DNA of 63,521 nt, filler included, from Pirum gemmata (Eukaryota), in NCBI GenBank assembly GCA_002812295.1. It is 11 parts of 11 records of this genome, joined end to end, with 100 filler letters (N's around TTAATTAATTAA, not from the genome) between each part and the next. Parts side by side here need not be neighbours in the genome. Positions count along the whole stretch, not along the records: positions 58,674 to 63,521 come from PDIN01000524.1; 10 more parts are not named here. One strand, 5' to 3'. This document shows positions 60,766 through 63,521 of this stretch, in pieces. The translations under genes were made by a program, and so were the position numbers. Below the pieces are notes generated by a model. That model made no database searches, was not told the DNA's origin, and saw nothing but the letters and a program-made list of their open reading frames with translations. The stretch's first letter is position 1. Every line of letters begins with the position of its first letter.

Positions 60766-61617
60766 AGATATGATTTCGTGAGTTTTTTTGGGGAGATTTT
60801 GTAATTTTAACCAGCATGCAAAAAAAAAACAATATAAACCTAGCAATATAAACTTTTTTAAAATCTTCATTTATTGGTTTTGTAGCCATGGTGCCATGGC
60901 CCATGGAGAAGGAGCCTTAGTCTTGTAAACAACGTCTGTGGCTAGATAGCTAGCTAGCTAGTAGCTAGGGGTGTTTATCGAGGTGTCTGCCCATTGTCTG
61001 CCCCCATTAGTGGCAGTGACCAGCGCTTGTCACTTGATCTGAAACTATAAAATAACAACCAATCAAGGGGTAACCTTTTTTTTTTTTGTATGATATAATA
61101 AACTGAAAAAAAAAAAAGTAGATTTTAACCTTTATAGTGCTTTTCAGTTGTTTGTCATCATTTAATTACAAATTAGCATTATTCAGAATTATTCCAAACT
61201 ACAGTTTTGGCTCTTTACAGTGCATCTATTTCATAGAATCAATTTAGTATTTTCTCTTACACACATTACTTTTAATAATTATCATTTTATTTCTCTCTCA
61301 CACAGCAAGAACTACCAAAATATACTTAACTTTGTTTACCATTAGTTTTAATTATCATTTTATCACAAAATTAATATTGTACAGTACAGTCACAAAGCAA
61401 ACTAGTATTGTTCCAAACTACAGTTTTGGCTCTTGATTAATAGCAGTTCAAGGTATGGCTTTGTGACTCTTAAAATTAATAGCAGTTCAAGGTATGGCTT
61501 TGAGAATCTTTGGGTCCTTTTATGCATACTACTTGGCGACTAATTTGAGCTTGTTTTATAATTTTATTTGAATGATTAAACCTATACCAACACTTACTAC
61601 TATTATTATTATTATAC

Positions 61618-61651
<34 letters not shown>

Positions 61652-61699
61652 ATTATTTATTATTATTATTATTATTATTAATTATTATTGTTATTTAAC

Positions 61700-61732
<33 letters not shown>

Positions 61733-61756
61733 CATTATTATTATTATTATTAATTA

Positions 61757-61787
<31 letters not shown>

Positions 61788-61925
61788 GTTATTATTGTTG
61801 TTGTTTTTATTATTAACTATTATTATTATTATTATTATTATTAAATTTTTGTGAAAAGAATATAATATTATATAATATATATTATGTTATCATACTTATT
61901 TTATTTTTATTATTGTATACATTTT

Positions 61926-62413
61926 CTAACAGTACTCATTACTAAAATCATGAAAAACAATCGGTTTTACTTGATTTGGGTCTTCTTCTTCGTTTTTACT
62001 TCTAAATCGATTTTGTTTTTTGCGATTAGCCAATTTCAAAGGGCGCTGTTTTCCTTCATGTGCGTTTTCGTACAAGCCACAAGGTGAACACAAACTTGCT
62101 TTGGTGTACTTACCGATTCTCCAAGCTTTACTATCACTAGTTTCACAGTTTGTGCATTTCTTTGATGTTTGTTTTTTAGTAATCGCTTTTTCCGTTTTAG
62201 CTGAAGCAGAAGTTGATGTCCGTTTCTCAAGCGTGCTAGTACTCGAAGTATTATTTTCTTTAGCTTTTTGCTTTTTTTTAAGGTAATCTTCAACAGTAAA
62301 AGAGCTATGACTCTTTTTTGTAGAAAATGCATCTTTCTTGTTTTTTTTGTCATACGAAGACAAGTTCATTAAACTTTTAGATTTGGTTATTTTTTTAATA
62401 GGCTTCACATCAT

Positions 62414-62450
<37 letters not shown>

Positions 62451-63239
62451 GAGGTTGTTGTTGTTGAGGTTGTTGTTGCTGTTGGGGTTGTTGTTGCTGT
62501 TGGGGTTGTTGTTGCTGTTGAGGTTGCTGTTGTTGAGGTTGCTGTTGTTGAGGTTGTTGTTGTTGAGGTTGTTGTTGTTGAGGTTGTTAATGTTGAGGTT
62601 GTTGCTATTGAGGTTGTTATTGTTGAGGTTGTTGTTGTTGTTGTTCAATGGAGATAGTGTAGGTGCAGATAAATTACTATTCATTTCAGGACTGCTATAA
62701 AAGTTGTTATCATAAGAATAAGAATTTATCATTGGAGAATTCATTGATGAACTTGTCATCATTGGTGAATTAACACACGAGTAGGATGTCAAAGGTAATG
62801 ATGAAAGTGGATGTGATTCAAAATCCATTGAAGTCAATACGGGGGAAGAAAAGCAAGAGAATGAAGTAGGCATAGTTGGTGAAGATACACAAGAACGCAA
62901 GTCTGGTTGTGATACAGAATGACTTATACTATTACTACCATTACTATCAGTGTAATTGAAACTCCCATGTGAAAATATACTTGGCCTTTGCATCTGTATT
63001 TGTGGTGTTGTGCAATTGGTATAATTATTATCATTATTACTCTCATTGTTGTCGTCACTGTAATTATCATTATCATTCAAATATGTTTCCTGAGCGAATT
63101 GATAAAATGTTTCCATTACGTCATCACTATTTTCGAGCTCTGTAGTAGTCATGTCCATAGAGTTGGAATCTTCTAAAGCACTATCAAGAAAATCGAAATG
63201 ATGATCAGGGAAATATTCTAAATATTGTGTAGAATCCAT
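61926..63239 (-). CDS. GATA-type zinc-finger transcription factor (CX2CX18CX2C) with a poly-Asn region, 437 aa
   Basis: CTNCETSDSKAWRIGKYTKASLCSPCGLY...RP followed by a basic tail; acidic and Ser-rich N-terminus. Confidence 0.88.
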
Positions 63240-63521
63240 TATTATTATTATTATTATTAATATTGTTGTTGTTGTTGTTGTTGTTGTTATTGTTTTTTTA
63301 TTGATTATATTATAAGTAAGTTAATTAAAACAAATAATAATAATAATAATAGTAATGAATATAACTATAAATAAAATAAATAAATAGCTTTTTATTTTGT
63401 TTTTATAATTAATACTTCGTTAAACTTTCTTTATCTAAATTACCATTATATATTTTTTGTTATTCTTATTCTTATTCTGTGTTTTTTTCCCTTTAAATAC
63501 TGACTACGTTTCTTTTTTTTC

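Overview
AT-rich eukaryotic genomic DNA with GT-AG introns, TTAGGG telomere-type repeats, poly-Asn tracts and dense microsatellites. A cell-walled unicellular opisthokont such as an ichthyosporean is a plausible but unproven source. The window is not one locus: ten identical 100-bp linkers (44 N + TTAATTAATTAA + 44 N) join at least 11 separate scaffolds of about 5.5-5.8 kb, so gene neighbourhood across linkers is meaningless. Supported protein genes: a 3-exon secreted CBM21 protein; a secreted protein with two VHL beta-domain-like repeats; a 3-exon 507-aa secreted Cys-rich protein of unknown family; an N-BAR protein; the 3' part of an LRR protein; a secreted berberine-bridge-enzyme-like (AA7-like) FAD oxidase with a CBM1-like tail; a 2-exon low-complexity protein; a division-1-type chitin synthase apparently fused to an LHFPL/claudin-like tetraspan domain (most novel item); and an atypical GATA factor. 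Relics missing from or unexplained by the ORF track include a retroviral-type integrase fragment, a bacterial-like DUF924 pseudogene, a possible virus-like zinc-finger ORF and probable LINE 3' remnants. Intergenic DNA holds about nine MITE-like families, including a nested insertion with an 8-bp TSD. All family assignments come from motif recognition by eye, not from database searches.
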